Source: Intoshia linei
Taxonomy: Eukaryota > Animalia > Orthonectida
Reading direction: 5' to 3'
DNA: 54,731 nucleotides
NCBI GenBank assembly: GCA_001642005.1
Contig: LWCA01000102.1
Coordinates: 1-54,731, forward strand
The notes under the pieces were generated by a model. It was not told the origin of the DNA and made no database searches. It saw only the letters and a list, made by a program, of their open reading frames with translations. This document shows, piece after piece, positions 25,862 to 38,785 of the stretch. Each line of letters starts with the position of its first letter. Position 1 is the first letter of the stretch. The translations under genes were made by a program, and so were the position numbers.

Positions 25862-28800
25862 ATGGAACAGCAGAAAAATGAATTGATTAAATTACTTTCT
25901 AAACCGCGTAATGAAAGGTTTCAATTGAAAATAATTAAAAATTATATTTGGATGAAACATTTTTGCAAAGCCATTAAAAGTATCAATATGGGTAATTTTT
26001 GATTTTTCAGTTAAATGGATAGTTATTAACTACATCTATATTATATTAGAAAAATTTACTCATTTAATCAAACATGGATATGTAATTTCTAAAAAAAGTG
26101 GAAGCATAATCATCAAGCAACATGATATTGCAGATTAGTAATTTTTAGACATTCCATTACTAAATAGAAACATAAATATAACATTTTATTTATTTAAATA
26201 TGAATTATATGTTTATTATGAATTATAGTTTTTACATTATTTTGAATGGGTCCATGTCAATTCACATACAACAGGAAGCTGTATTAATAAAGGAAAATTA
26301 TCAAAATATTAGAGATTTGGGTAACGATAACACAGTTAAGGATATATTTGGGCCAAAATTACATACTATCGGTATTTATTACATTTTATTATGAAATTAT
26401 AATTATAATTAAAATATGAAGCACAGTAGATAGTTTCCAAAATTATATTTTTTTATACTTGTGATATTATAGGCCCTGGTGCTGCGTTTGGAGAATATGG
26501 ACTTCATTCTGATTTGAATCAAAACAAAAGATCTGCTTCCGTCATCGCTGATACAAATGTTGATATACTGGCAGTAGATAAAAAATTATACAATGAAATT
26601 TTTATGGTAATATTATATTACAACTAGCTTGAATCATTTGATGAGTTAAAAAAGTTAATTTTGTATCAATAATTAAAAGGAAGCAGCAGTTTAAAAACAC
26701 ATTTCGGATAAATTTTACTAACATTGCAATATTTTTTATTGGAAATGTGGAGACGTTCAATGCACATTTTTTTTGAAATTGTAGGATCAATATTTACATT
26801 TTTTATTTTAATCGAAATATTTTCAAATATGGGTTGATAATATATTAAAAATTAATTTTCAACGGGAATGCGTAGATTTCTGGGGTTGAAATTTTGTATT
26901 TATATCAACTGAAATAAGCTCTATCAAAATAATTTTTTTTTTAAATTTTCGGAAAGTTAATTATTTCACATAATTTGTTTTAATAAAATATTTCGGAAAA
27001 AAAATATATGAATACTAAAATGCATTTTTGACCGTCAAGTCGTCACTTATTCGAATTAAAATTTTGTGTGTGTGTTAACAGGATAAAACTGTACGACTTG
27101 TAAATTTTTTTAAATTCTAAGGCTGTTTTCATAAAAAAGGTAATTTAGAGTTTTGACCCTGAAGATATAATTTTTTTAAATTTAAATTTATGATAATGTT
27201 TATGATTTTAAAATCCGTATCAGCGTATATATTTTTTTAAATTCTCGAACTCGTTTGATTTTCAAAAAAAAGACAATTGGGATATATATTTTTTTAAATT
27301 CTCCAACTCGTTTGATTTTCAAAAAGAGGGACAATTTTTTTTAAATTTTGCAACTCGTTTGATTTTCAAAAAAAGGACAATTAAAGTTTTTGACCCGTAA
27401 GATGTGAGTTTCGGAGGTTGAAATTTAGTTTGCGAACACCCTAGAAAAAACTGTAATTGAAATGTGGACTATATAAAATTCTAAGACGGGTAGTTATTTA
27501 AATAAAGTTGAACACACACACACAAACAAAAATCGCGTAGCAGATTACATAAGTAAGGATTATCTATCATATACATATATATAGTATTTGGTATATTATG
27601 CAAGACATTCTTAAATCCTGCATTCTCTGTGAGGCTTCCAGGACTGCTGACAATTTTTGCAATTTTAAAAAAATTTTTGTAATAATTCACCGATATTGAA
27701 ACACTAGTACCATTGTTATTAATAATTTATTAACGCTCATATTAATACCATAATTATAGTATATAAGTAAAAGTGTTTGAAACTATGAAATGTGATGGTT
27801 TTTTTATTCTTTTGAGGGTCACTTCATGGTTTTAATATTATCAAAAATCAAAACTTGATTTACTCAAACTTTATACATTGTACTGTAATGTAGTGCAGCG
27901 GTTTTCAACCTTTTTTAGGTCATGACCCAAAAAAGTTTTGCCTAAAATTCGATGGTCCTTAAAAAAACCTTAAATATCTACTTTTATTTACAGTGAAATT
28001 TATTTATTTAAATTTTAAAGCATCAAGAAAAGTGTTAAAAAAATAATAATCAACAAGTAAATTTTAATTTATGCTAGTTAATGACTGCCTTGGCATAGGT
28101 GTTTGTTGCACAATGAATCCTAATCAATTTTTATTAGTTTATTCAATTATTTATTCAATCGTAATCGTATTATTTCTCGGTTGTTCACATCCAATTTTGA
28201 CCTCTTCTTACTAAAAATATCGACCACTGCTCAAAATCCAGCTTCTACAAGCCATATTGTAGGAAAAGCAATAATGCTTGGTTTAACATAATCAAACACA
28301 ATTGAATTTGATTCTTGAATTCCCATAAATCCAAATACACCTTCTTTTTCTATTCGTCTTATTAATTTCAAATCTTCTTTTAAGTCCAAGATTTTTTTAG
28401 TTAGTTCAGGATTGGTTTCATTATCTGGTTCAAAGTTTTGAAAATCTGTAAACCATAATTCCAAATTTATATTTCAAATTCATTATGCATTTATAGATTT
28501 TGTTTTGGTTAGCAATTTTATGGCTTAATACACCAAATTTTTTTTAATGTTGAAAATTTTCTGTGGCCCACGTTGAGAATCCCTGATGTAGTGCACTGCA
28601 CTCTGTGAATTTCAATAAATCTCGATAATCAATCAAAGATTGATGCACGATGATTGATGGGCTGAGAACAAAACAATTAATTTCATATTAATTAAAGGTT
28701 TAATTGTGAAAATTAATTAATAGTGTTTAATTTTAATAATAATTGTTTAGTCAAAAAATAAAATAAAAGTGATAAAAATAAAAGAATTTATTGAAAACAA

Positions 28801-31800
28801 TGAAGATTTTAAAGAGTGGAATAAAATAAAAAGAAAACAATTGTTGATGAGTTTGGTACGAAAAGATTACAACAAAAATGAATATATTCATAAACAAGGA
28901 GAGGCGTATACTGGTGTTTATTACATTGATAGGTATGCAAAATATGAAAATAATAAACAAAATAAGTACAGTAGATTTTTAAATTACATCCAAAGTATAT
29001 TTTATCACTTGAAAATATTTGAAATATATTAATAAATGTACTATGTAACTAGATTGACAGTTATATAGGTGGTACAAACATCCTGGACCGTGGTCAGGGG
29101 CTAGGAGCCATATGGCCGGGTCTACAATCATGATAGGCCTAATATTTTAATTTATTAATAGGTAATGTCGGAAAATTTCTTAAGTATGACAAAATTATGA
29201 TGACCAATGCAACTTACAACTGTTATTATTAATTTTTAGACAATAAATGACCGATTAAACAATGTAGAGATGTCCCAATTAAAAAATATAAGAGCATACT
29301 GCTGGCTCTTCACAGCCCTGCAAACAGTAGTTAGCTGTGTCGAGCGCTGATTTTTTAAATTAAGAGTTAATTTTTTAATTTATTATAGACAATGAGTGTA
29401 GGATCTTAAAAGCCAATTAAAAGTCAATTTTTATTTTCAAGTATTTTGTTAAATTTTAAAAATATCTATAATTTATGAACTTTTTTTTGTTGTTCTTTTC
29501 TTTTTTAGTTGCGTGTTATTTTTACATGTAAATAATAAATAATTTTAAGTATGTATACTTTTCTATTATGTCTACACATTTTTGAGTTTATTTTTCCACA
29601 CAATAATAAAAATTTCAAATAAGCTTTTTATCTGCGTGTCCGGAAGAATTCCTGTGCGTGTACTAGTGGCACATGTGACATATTTTTGCCATCACTACTA
29701 TGGGGGTCACGAAAAGTTTTTTCGGACCGCTGCTTTAAATTCGCCATGATTTACATAAACTACCAAAGTAAAATTAAATTTATGTCAATTAATTTAGCGG
29801 ATCTACAATTAATTCGATTATACAATCTAATCTACACACCAATTTAATCCAAATGTGCGATTTAAACAGTTTGAAACCAGTCAGCCAGATGACAAGGTTA
29901 ATTTTAGAATTTTGTCACAATTAACTCTGAGAAACACTTTGAGACCACACAGATCACTCACAACGCCCAGAAGTCTAATATCTAAAAAATTTTTTATTTT
30001 TAATCTTCCATATTTATACATGAAAATTTAGACAATCAGAAACAAAAAACAGAATAAACAATAAGAAAAAACTCCAAGAAAAAATGATATCTTGTTCTAA
30101 GAAGGGTAACATGTCTGGAGATTTGGAGCTATTAATGAACTTTGACCACTACGCATCTTCACTAAAATGTGACAGCGATAAATGTGTATTATACTGGTTA
30201 AGTAAAAGGGACATATGTAGAATATGGTTCAAAGACGTAATGAGACTGTACACTTCATTACAAAAATTAGTGACACTAAAAGTATACAATAGAATTAACC
30301 AAAATATAGCCATAAAATTTTACAAATCTTGTTTAAACATTTTAAACAACGAAGACAAAATAAAGGAATTATTTTTACAACAAATAGTGCAAAATGGATA
30401 CCATAAAAAAAGCGCTAGTACTCTTAAACAACATAAAATAAAAGACAGAAATTCAAATGATATAAAAAAGGTCATGAAAATGGATGTAAAATATAACATT
30501 TTCGATGATATTGAGAAAATTTTTCCAGCTTACCGAGGATACTTATTACACATGAACAAATATGACAAGGCAAAAAATGTTACAAAACTATATGTACAAC
30601 ATGTTTTAAATTTTGGCATAAAAGTTGATACAAAAAATGCCTTGACAATCCTTCAAAATTGTAAAAAACTAGAAAAATCAAAATTCAATCATATAAATAT
30701 CATGCAAACCATAAACGCATCTACCTTGAATAGTAAGCAATTATTTATATTAAAAATAATGCAATATTTAAACAATCAAACATCATTAATTAGAGACGAA
30801 AGATTAAGCGATATTTTTTTTTATAAGCAAGTCATGAAAACTAAACGATTACAGAGAATAAACAAGATTCAAAAACAAAATACTCATCCGAAATCAGATA
30901 ATAACCTGTCAAATAAACCCTTCAAACGACTATCATTGATGACTAAAAATAAAACACCTCATAGCATACTTTTTCTACGTCGCAATATAACCGAATCTCT
31001 AAGCCTTTACTTTAAAAATCGTAAAGCAAGCACGATAAAATGCATCAGAGAATTTCAAGAACAAAATATGATAAAATATGAAAAAGTTATTAATCATCAA
31101 CATACATCAAGGCTGAAAAGATTTGATTACAAGAATCGACCCACGCTTGAAAACAAATGGTCAAATCTACTGAGTCCTTTTATGAAAAATAGAATTGAAA
31201 ACGAAATCAAACTTGACAAATTGAACGAAATTTCAAAACGAAAATCAACTCAAATCAACATTAGCATTGAATCAAATTCGTCGGACGAATCCACGAACCA
31301 CAGAAAATACCGCAGAAATTCTCTTCAAATTAAAACTCAAATAGCTGTAAACGTTGCCAAAGAATTGAAAAAATCTGCATGCATTTCTGAAACAGACAAG
31401 CTATATAACAATTTAGTAAAAATTGTCAAAAAATGTAACAACCAAAATGATTTGTTGAAAATTGCTTCAGTCAATACGAATCAGATTAAATTGCCCTTTT
31501 TGGGGAATGGAAATAAATCTGCATCAAATTATAATAAAACAATTTCGGCCAAATATACCACAAAAATAAATGATTGGATCAATAATTTTAATGATGTGTC
31601 AGAATATGATCCAATGTATCGTGATTGGAAGTCATCTTCTTTAAATTGTCGGTATATTCAAGAAAAAATTAAAAATTTTAATTGTAAAGATGAATTGGTA
31701 AAGCGACGGAAAAATATCATTGTTTATCCTCTTAAAATTTTTGAGTTGTCGGATAATGTCAAGAGTAATCCTATTCCTGGAGCAAAGGTTAATATTATCT

Positions 31801-31979
31801 ATAGTCGGTGCAGCATGGATAAAAAAATGTACAATATTGTTCAACATCAACACATGAGACATTATTTCGTTCCTAAAATTAATTCTATTAAAATGGAAAA
31901 GTTGCAGAAATCTGCTCATTTACGTATACGACATGAGATGGAGAGGGCTAATATTTATCTCAAATCTAAAAAAGATTAG
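25862..31979 (+). CDS. Cyclic nucleotide-binding domain protein (CNBD2-like, two cNMP domains) with long basic C-terminal tail
   Basis: Exons encode IIIKQHDIADYFYIILNGSMSI...GPGAAFGEYGL...KRSASVIADTNVDILAVDKKLYNEIF (cNMP1) and KDYNKNEYIHKQGEAYTGVYYI...GDLELL...LYWLSKRD (cNMP2). The large terminal exon is ORF 30084-31979. Confidence 0.8.
26737..27559 (-). mobile_element. Copy of dispersed Helitron-like non-autonomous repeat family
   Basis: Inverted near-copy of 53216-53870, and similar to 11740-11970 and 34175-34497. Minus-strand start A|TCCTTACTTAT followed by (GT)n-rich tract. Contains ~60-bp tandem subrepeats at ~27230-27400. Confidence 0.55.
27896..28585 (-). mobile_element. Internally deleted hAT (Charlie/Buster-type) transposon
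   Basis: TIRs CAGCGGTTTTCAAC ... GTTGAGAATCCCTG; perfect 8-bp TSD ATGTAGTG. ORF 28231-28464 ends IIAFPTIWLVEAGF, the hAT dimerisation-domain motif. Confidence 0.9.
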
Positions 31980-32219
31980 ATTTTGTTTAATTAATTAAAA
32001 GTTTTTAATTTAATTAGTTAATTAAATATAGCAATTTCTAATACAGTTTTTCGTCGGTCAGATTTTATCGCAAATTTCTTTTTCAGAAATTTAGCCTGAC
32101 AGAGTCAAAAATCCCAATTATCTTTCTTAACAATCAAACCATCAGTCCTAGAATTTTTAATAATAAACACTTCGCTCAATAAAGTTTGGGATTCTCTCCT
32201 TTAAATGTAATCTTTAAAG

Positions 32220-32392
32220 TTTAAAGTAAAGTGGCTAGAAAAAATACGTACTATCAATTTTAGTTTATTTGGTGATAAATGTAAAGCTCAAGCTACTTAC
32301 CTATGATGACGAATAAAAATTTTCAGCTTAAAGTTTATTCCAAATAAACTAAAATTGATAGTAAGTATTTTTTCTGGCCACTTTACTTTAAA
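32220..32392. repeat. Foldback MITE / long inverted repeat
   Basis: 53-bp arms at 32220-32272 and 32340-32392 are reverse complements with 2 mismatches; a partial copy lies at ~16513-16598. Confidence 0.85.
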
Positions 32393-32460
32393 GGGCTGAT
32401 AATAATGAGATTTAGCATTTTTAAGTAAGATTTTATTATTTAATTTATTTTCTTGGTGGG

Positions 32461-34160
32461 TGTAATGATTTGATGTCAAAAGGTATTAAGGTTTTGAGAT
32501 TTAATAATAAAACAATTTTAAGTATATCGATAATAAATATATATAACAATGAAGAGTACTTTATTACACCTCTGCCTTTAAATTAATGAATAGTCTTTGA
32601 ATCTTTCAGGAAATTTTTTGATCCGTTTTGATTTTGTATAAAGTTTATTTTGTTTATTTGCTCGAGGAATAATGGCACTATAATTTTTATGATGAAATGA
32701 AAAACCTTTCTGTCTCAATTTATCATAATTTCGCTTCATACGCACCACCTGTTTATCACGTGTGGTTCTAATACATTTTAACAATTCAATTCGGTTTTTA
32801 CAAAAACTATCGTACATATTTGAACCGAAAACAACATCTGATGGCGTATGAAATCTAAACATTATTTCAAATGTGGGGCTGGGTAGTTATCTTTAATTGA
32901 AATAGAATTTAAATTACGTTCTTCTGCTTGGTTCAATGATTTTTAATTCTAGTAATTTTTTTATAATTTTTTCATGTTTATCTTGGAGGTTTATACCTAC
33001 AGGAAATGGACGAACCTGCTTGAACTCACAATTTGTCTTTAATTAATAGAATGTTCGATGATATTGGTTAAACCAGGTTTTGCTGATATTACATCAGAGA
33101 ATTGAGAAAATAGTGTTTTAAATTCAGTATCGTTTACTTTTACATTAAATTGTATTAAATTTAATCGAACAACATCCCGACATCCTAATGTCAATAATCA
33201 TATGATAATAATATTAGATGTATCAGTTATATAAAATTCCACAATATTATTGTCACTGGTCATTTTAATTTTCCCATAAAAATTTAAAGGTGACCCATCA
33301 GCTGACATCAATTGGGTAAATTTTTACATTCTTAAATTTTTTAAAACTCTCATGGCTTAAACAATTGATTTGTGATCCTGTGTCAATAATAAAAGTTAAA
33401 CTTACATCTTCATCATTTTGTCTGATTTTCAATTCATGAGTATGTTCGTTGTTATTTTCAATAATCCTTCGATTCATCACTGGTTTTATATCCCTCGAAT
33501 AATTCCTAGAGATGTGACCATATTCCTGACAATTGAAACATTTAACAGATTTCTGAGAAGACTGCAAATGTCGATCACCAAACTTTGCCACTCCCCTACT
33601 TTTGAAATATATTTGATTTAATTTTTTTAATTAATTCTATATTTTTGCAATCTCAATATGATACCGGAAGCTTATCCGCATGCATTGTATTAACTTCAAG
33701 AATTTTCATAATCTGTTTTTCGGCTTCTGATGTATCCCAAGACGTCGTATTTACTATGTTCATGAGTCTATTGAAATAATCATTTATAGATTCATTATTT
33801 TTTTGCATCATCTTAAATATATTGACCTCTGCAATAAATGTTGAAATCGACATAAAACCCTTAGCCAAACTTTCAAGGGCCTCACTCGGTTTAATTGTCG
33901 CATTATCCATACGCATACGACATAATGTTACAAAATCATCATTTGTTAACTGTTCTTTCAACATTTTCCATTGATCATCTTGATTTGTCGATAACATCGT
34001 CATTTGGACTTTTAATAGTTTATAATCAATCATAGTAAATAAAATTGTTTTGTAATGATTTGATGTCAAAAGGTATTAAGGTTTTGAGATTTAATAATAA
34101 AACAATTTTAAGTATATCGATAATAAATATATCTATAACAATGAAGAGTACTTCATTACA
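32461..34160 (-). mobile_element. Internally deleted Ty3/Gypsy LTR retrotransposon with intact short LTRs (32461-32568, 34051-34160)
   Basis: TGTAAT...ATTACA LTRs differ by one substitution and a 2-bp indel; flanks GTGGG/GTGGA; PPT AAAGGCAGAGG abuts the 3' LTR. Gag knuckle remnant CFNCQEYGH, protease IIDTGSQ, RT start fused to an integrase C-terminus ending KRIKKFPERFKDY. Confidence 0.93.
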
Positions 34161-34174
34161 GTGGAATTAAAAAA

Positions 34175-34497
34175 TCACATTTTTTGTTTTAATAAAGTAT
34201 TTCGGAAAAAAAATATATGAATACTAAAATGCTTTTTTGACTGGAAGATTTCACTTATTCGGATTGAAATTTTTTGTGTGTGTTAACAGGATACAACTGT
34301 ACCAGGTTTTCATTAAAAAAAAGGACACTTTGGCTTTTTGACCCGTAAGATGTGAGTTTGGGGTGTAGAAATTTATCTTACTTTCACCCGGAAAAAACTG
34401 TAACAGAAGTGTGGACTTTATAAAATGATAATACTGGTAGTTATTGAAATAAACGATAACACACATACATAGACAAAGCATTTTATATAAGTAAGGA
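34175..34497 (-). mobile_element. Helitron-like repeat family copy
   Basis: Matches 26965-27090 and 27390-27560; minus-strand start A|TCCTTACTTATATAAAATGC followed by a GTCT/GTAT tract. Confidence 0.55.
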
Positions 34498-35498
34498 TAA
34501 ATGATTAAACATTGGTCAAGAAAATCGGATGCCGCATTAGAAGTTGGGTTTATTATGAAATTTAGTCATAATATAGAACAGTGATGACAGCCAAATCAAA
34601 CGTGGTGTGTTAATTTTGAAATTTTATTCGAAAATTATTTTCTAGTGTTTTCTAATAAAAAAATTGTTACTCAGCCCTCTAATTAGTGCTTGCTCTCGAG
34701 AATTCTGTTATAATAACCATCTGATCAAGATTTTATCAAGATTAAGAGCATCAACATTAAAATAATTTTTAATTTCAAAATATTAAATTAATATCTTCAC
34801 GGCCAAAACCTCAAGTTACGCTTTTTTGTAAAAATGAAAAAAGTCCTAGAAAATCACATTAATCACACAGTCAAAAGAAAATACTGATTCATTTATTTTT
34901 TTAGAATTTAAGCTATTTATAACAATTTTTAGGATTATACTGTTTTGACTTTATTTTTAATATTATACTAAATCTCTAATAAATTAAATAAATGGGATCA
35001 CAAAATTTTTTTTAAAATTCTTTAAACAAATGCTAACCAAATAAAATTAAGTGGGAATAATTCCTTTTAAATTAAAAGCTAATGTAAAATTCAAATTTAC
35101 AAAGCACTCTTTTAAAGGATTGATAAAATATATTGATAATAGAAATAATAAAGAAGTAAAGGAGTGTATCATTTTTAAGCAAGATTTTATTATTGTATTT
35201 ATTTTTTTGGTGGAAATAAAAAAGTTGGCCCCGACAGAGCTAGGATGCTGTTTGTACGTAGAACGTAACAGTCAACTTAATGTTTAAAATAAAATGTAAA
35301 AACAAAATAAACTTATAATGAAAAAAAACACAACCGTTACTTAGTTATTAAAAATATTGAAAGTTTAAGTTAAACTAAACATAAATTTATAAAATGTCAA
35401 ATTAAATATAATAGTAATTCGAATTAAAAAAATTTAAATATTTATTTAAAAGATTGAAATAATTTGCATTAAACAAATCTACACAAAAATAATTGTAA

Positions 35499-38400
35499 AT
35501 GGAATACAATGACATAAATAACGAATTGAAAAGTACTCAAATAGAATTAGACAATAAAAATTTCAAAAAAAAGGACAATGTAAATCAAGAAATAGAATTT
35601 GAAACTGAAGAAATGGACATTTGGTTTTCTTCTGATGAAGACACAATCAGTCCAAATACCTCCCTACACAAAGAATCAAAACCATCAATAATAACTGAAT
35701 TTCTTAATCCTACTCCAAACATGAATCTTGAATTATCTATGAATAATATAACCCCAGAAAAATATGAATGTCCAGAAATATTATCAACCTGCAATGCAGA
35801 AAAACTTAAAAACAAATTTGAAGAAATGTTACAAAATAAAAGTCGACAAGAAATTGAATTAAAAATTTTGAAACTAAAAAAAAAAAAACGCGAATTAAAA
35901 TTAATTAAAAAACAAAAAACCAAACGAACCGAAAAAATTGAAATACCTACAGAAATTAAAAGTATTGACGATGAATTGGAATTGTTAAATTCAAAATTAA
36001 ATTTGGAAAATTTCAATATTTTCGATAAAATGAACTACGACAAACAAATCGAAATCAGCGAAAATAAAATCATTAATGAACCATTATCAGATAAATTCTA
36101 TTTTAAGGATACTGGTTTAGATGATGGAAATGAAAAACAATTTAATTGTAGAATAAATTCTTTAAAAGAAAATACAGCATGGATAAATAGTAAAACTGTA
36201 AATGTTTTGGGTTTAAATGTAAACTCGTTTTTGTGGGAAAAATTGTACAATTTTCAAAAAACGTGTGTAAAATGGCTGTGGGAATTGCACAAACAGGGTG
36301 CTGGAGGAATTGTAGCTGATGAAATGGGTCTAGGAAAAACCATACAATTGATAGTCTTTTTTACAGCTCTGTACTCGACAAAGCGTCAAATTAGCCATTA
36401 TGGTCAACAGGGTGGTTTAGGGCCAGTTTTAATTGTTTGTCCAGCTACATTATTAAATCACTGGAGAAGAGAGTTTCATAAATGGTTTCCGCAAAGACGA
36501 GTATACATTTTCCATAAAATTTCGACATATTCAGGAAATTGGAATATTGCTTTGAAAAAAATTATCAAAGAAGGACATATCATGATTGCATCTTATTGCA
36601 TGGTTAATATTCACATAACAATTTTTGACGGCATGTGGAATTATGTTGTTCTAGATGAGGGGCATGTAATACGAAATGCAGTTTCCCAAACTACTCGGCA
36701 TATAAAAATGTTGAGAGCACAACATCGCATCATTTTAACGGGTACTCCATTTCAGAATAATCTCGTCGAATTTTGGTCATTATTTGATTTTGTTTTTACA
36801 AACAAATTGGGTAGTGTACAATTTTTTAAAAATAATTACATTATTCCAATTAGTAGAGGTAGTTTCACCAATGCCACTATACGACAAGTTCAAATCGCTA
36901 AGCAATGCGCCATAAAACTTAGAAGTATAATTTCACCGTACATGATCCGTCGCAAAAAATGTGACGTTGCACGAATTTTGCATCTTCCAGCCAAAGATGA
37001 GCAAATTTTATTTTGTAAATTAACCGACGCTCAACACCGGGCATATCAAAACTATTTAGAATCTGACGAATGCAAAGCCATTGTCCAGGGCCGTATACTT
37101 ATATTTAAAGGATTAGTCAGACTTCGTAATATTTGCAATCATCCATGCTTTAGTATTTATTATGACAGTGATAAAAATGTATACGAGAAAAAAATTGAAA
37201 AAATAGCCAATGAATGGAGTTTATCTGGAAAAATGGCGGTAACCCTTTCACTATTAAAAGTTTGGTATGAAGCAAAACATAAAGTTTTGTTTTTTACGCA
37301 GAGTCGCAAAATGGTCCATGTGATGATACAAATTTGTACCACGTTCAACTTTAAAAATCTCGTATTGACTGGACAAACAAATACTACGAAAAGATACAAT
37401 ATTGTTAATCAGTTTAATTCAAAACCATCAATATTTATTCTCATTATGACTACCCGGGTGGGCGGGGTTGGTTTGAATTTAGTTGGGGCTGATCGTGTAA
37501 TTATTTTTGACCCAGATTGGAATCCTTCCACAGACATGCAGGCTAAGGAAAGAGCTTGGAGAATTGGCCAAAAAAAGAATGTCATCATTTATCGACTTTT
37601 AACTGTTGGTACAATTGAAGAAAAAATTTACCAAAAGCAAATTTATAAACAGTTACTAGCTCAGCGTATTTTTAATAATCCAGATCAGAAACGGTTTATT
37701 AAACAGTCCGATATTAAGCATCTTTTTTCTTTTTCACACAGAGGAAATGAAAATACAGATACCGGGGAAATGTTCCAAAATGCTGAGGGGAAATTTGACA
37801 CTAAACGAAAAATTCGTAATTATTAAATAATTTTTTTTTTATATTCAATATTTTATTACTTGGTAATTTTTTTATTTAGTTGTTGATAACGTACAAATCA
37901 AAAATGTAGTCAAAATTAAAAAAATTGTTAAAAAGGTCAATTCTCAAGATTACATACTTACCAACCTCTTGATTAAATCTGGTAAGATTTGAAAGTTAAG
38001 TATTTAGGTTTTCATGTACATTGTACAAATAATAGCTACATTAGTGGTATTATTTTTTTAAATTGGGTAGTGGAGTTTACTATATTATGACCAATGGTCA
38101 TTGACCATTAACTAAAAATATTTATAAAATAAAACTTAATTTAGGAGTTCATAGCAGCTTGGAACAAGAAAAAGTTGAAGAATTATGTCAAGAAGGAGAC
38201 ATTGAATTGGAAAAATATCAAGCAAAAAAAATAGCAAAACAATGTCTAACTCAATTAAAATCAAACATAATAAACTCCAACTACGAATGGAATTTGACGT
38301 CCGATTGTGATTGTAAAAACTCATTCATTGGCCAAATATCCGGTTATTCAAATTTAAACAATTCTGGCTACATTTCAACTACGTCTAAACCCACTGGACA

Positions 38401-38701
38401 GTCAATAATAAATTGTATAAAATCTCGACAAACTATTGACCAAAAACTTGTCTCTAAAAAACTAACAACAAATAAACACAAAAAATTAACCAACCAGCTC
38501 ATCACTTTTTTAAATAAAAATATCAACATTGAAATGACTTCTGAAAAAATAATCAACCAATTTAAAGACAAAGTTTCAGATGGTGAATTGTATTTGTTTA
38601 AAAAATTACTCCATGAAATTTGTCTACTAGTGGAAAGAAAAACTGAACCAAATGTTTGGAAACTTCGGGATGAATACAAAATTTTATGTCAACAATTGTA
38701 A
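35499..38701 (+). CDS. ERCC6: ERCC6/CSB/Rad26 SWI2/SNF2 ATPase (exons ~35499-37816, 37880-37981, 38146-38701)
   Basis: CVKWLWELH, GGIVADEMGLGKT, LDEGHVIRN, TTRVGGVGLNLVGADRVIIFDPDWNPSTDMQAKERAWRIGQ and C-terminal winged-helix segment (FKKLLHEIC...WKLRDEY) are typical of CSB. Confidence 0.93.
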
Positions 38702-38785
38702 ATTAAAGAAATGTATTTTCACATGAAATTTATTAAAAAATGTTATTGTAAAATATTTAAAAATTATAATTTATAAATAAACAAT

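Noticed and set aside
27230-27400. Spaced ~30-bp repeats resembling a CRISPR array
   Set aside because: Eukaryotic context, spacers are similar to each other, no cas genes; these are tandem subrepeats of a TE.
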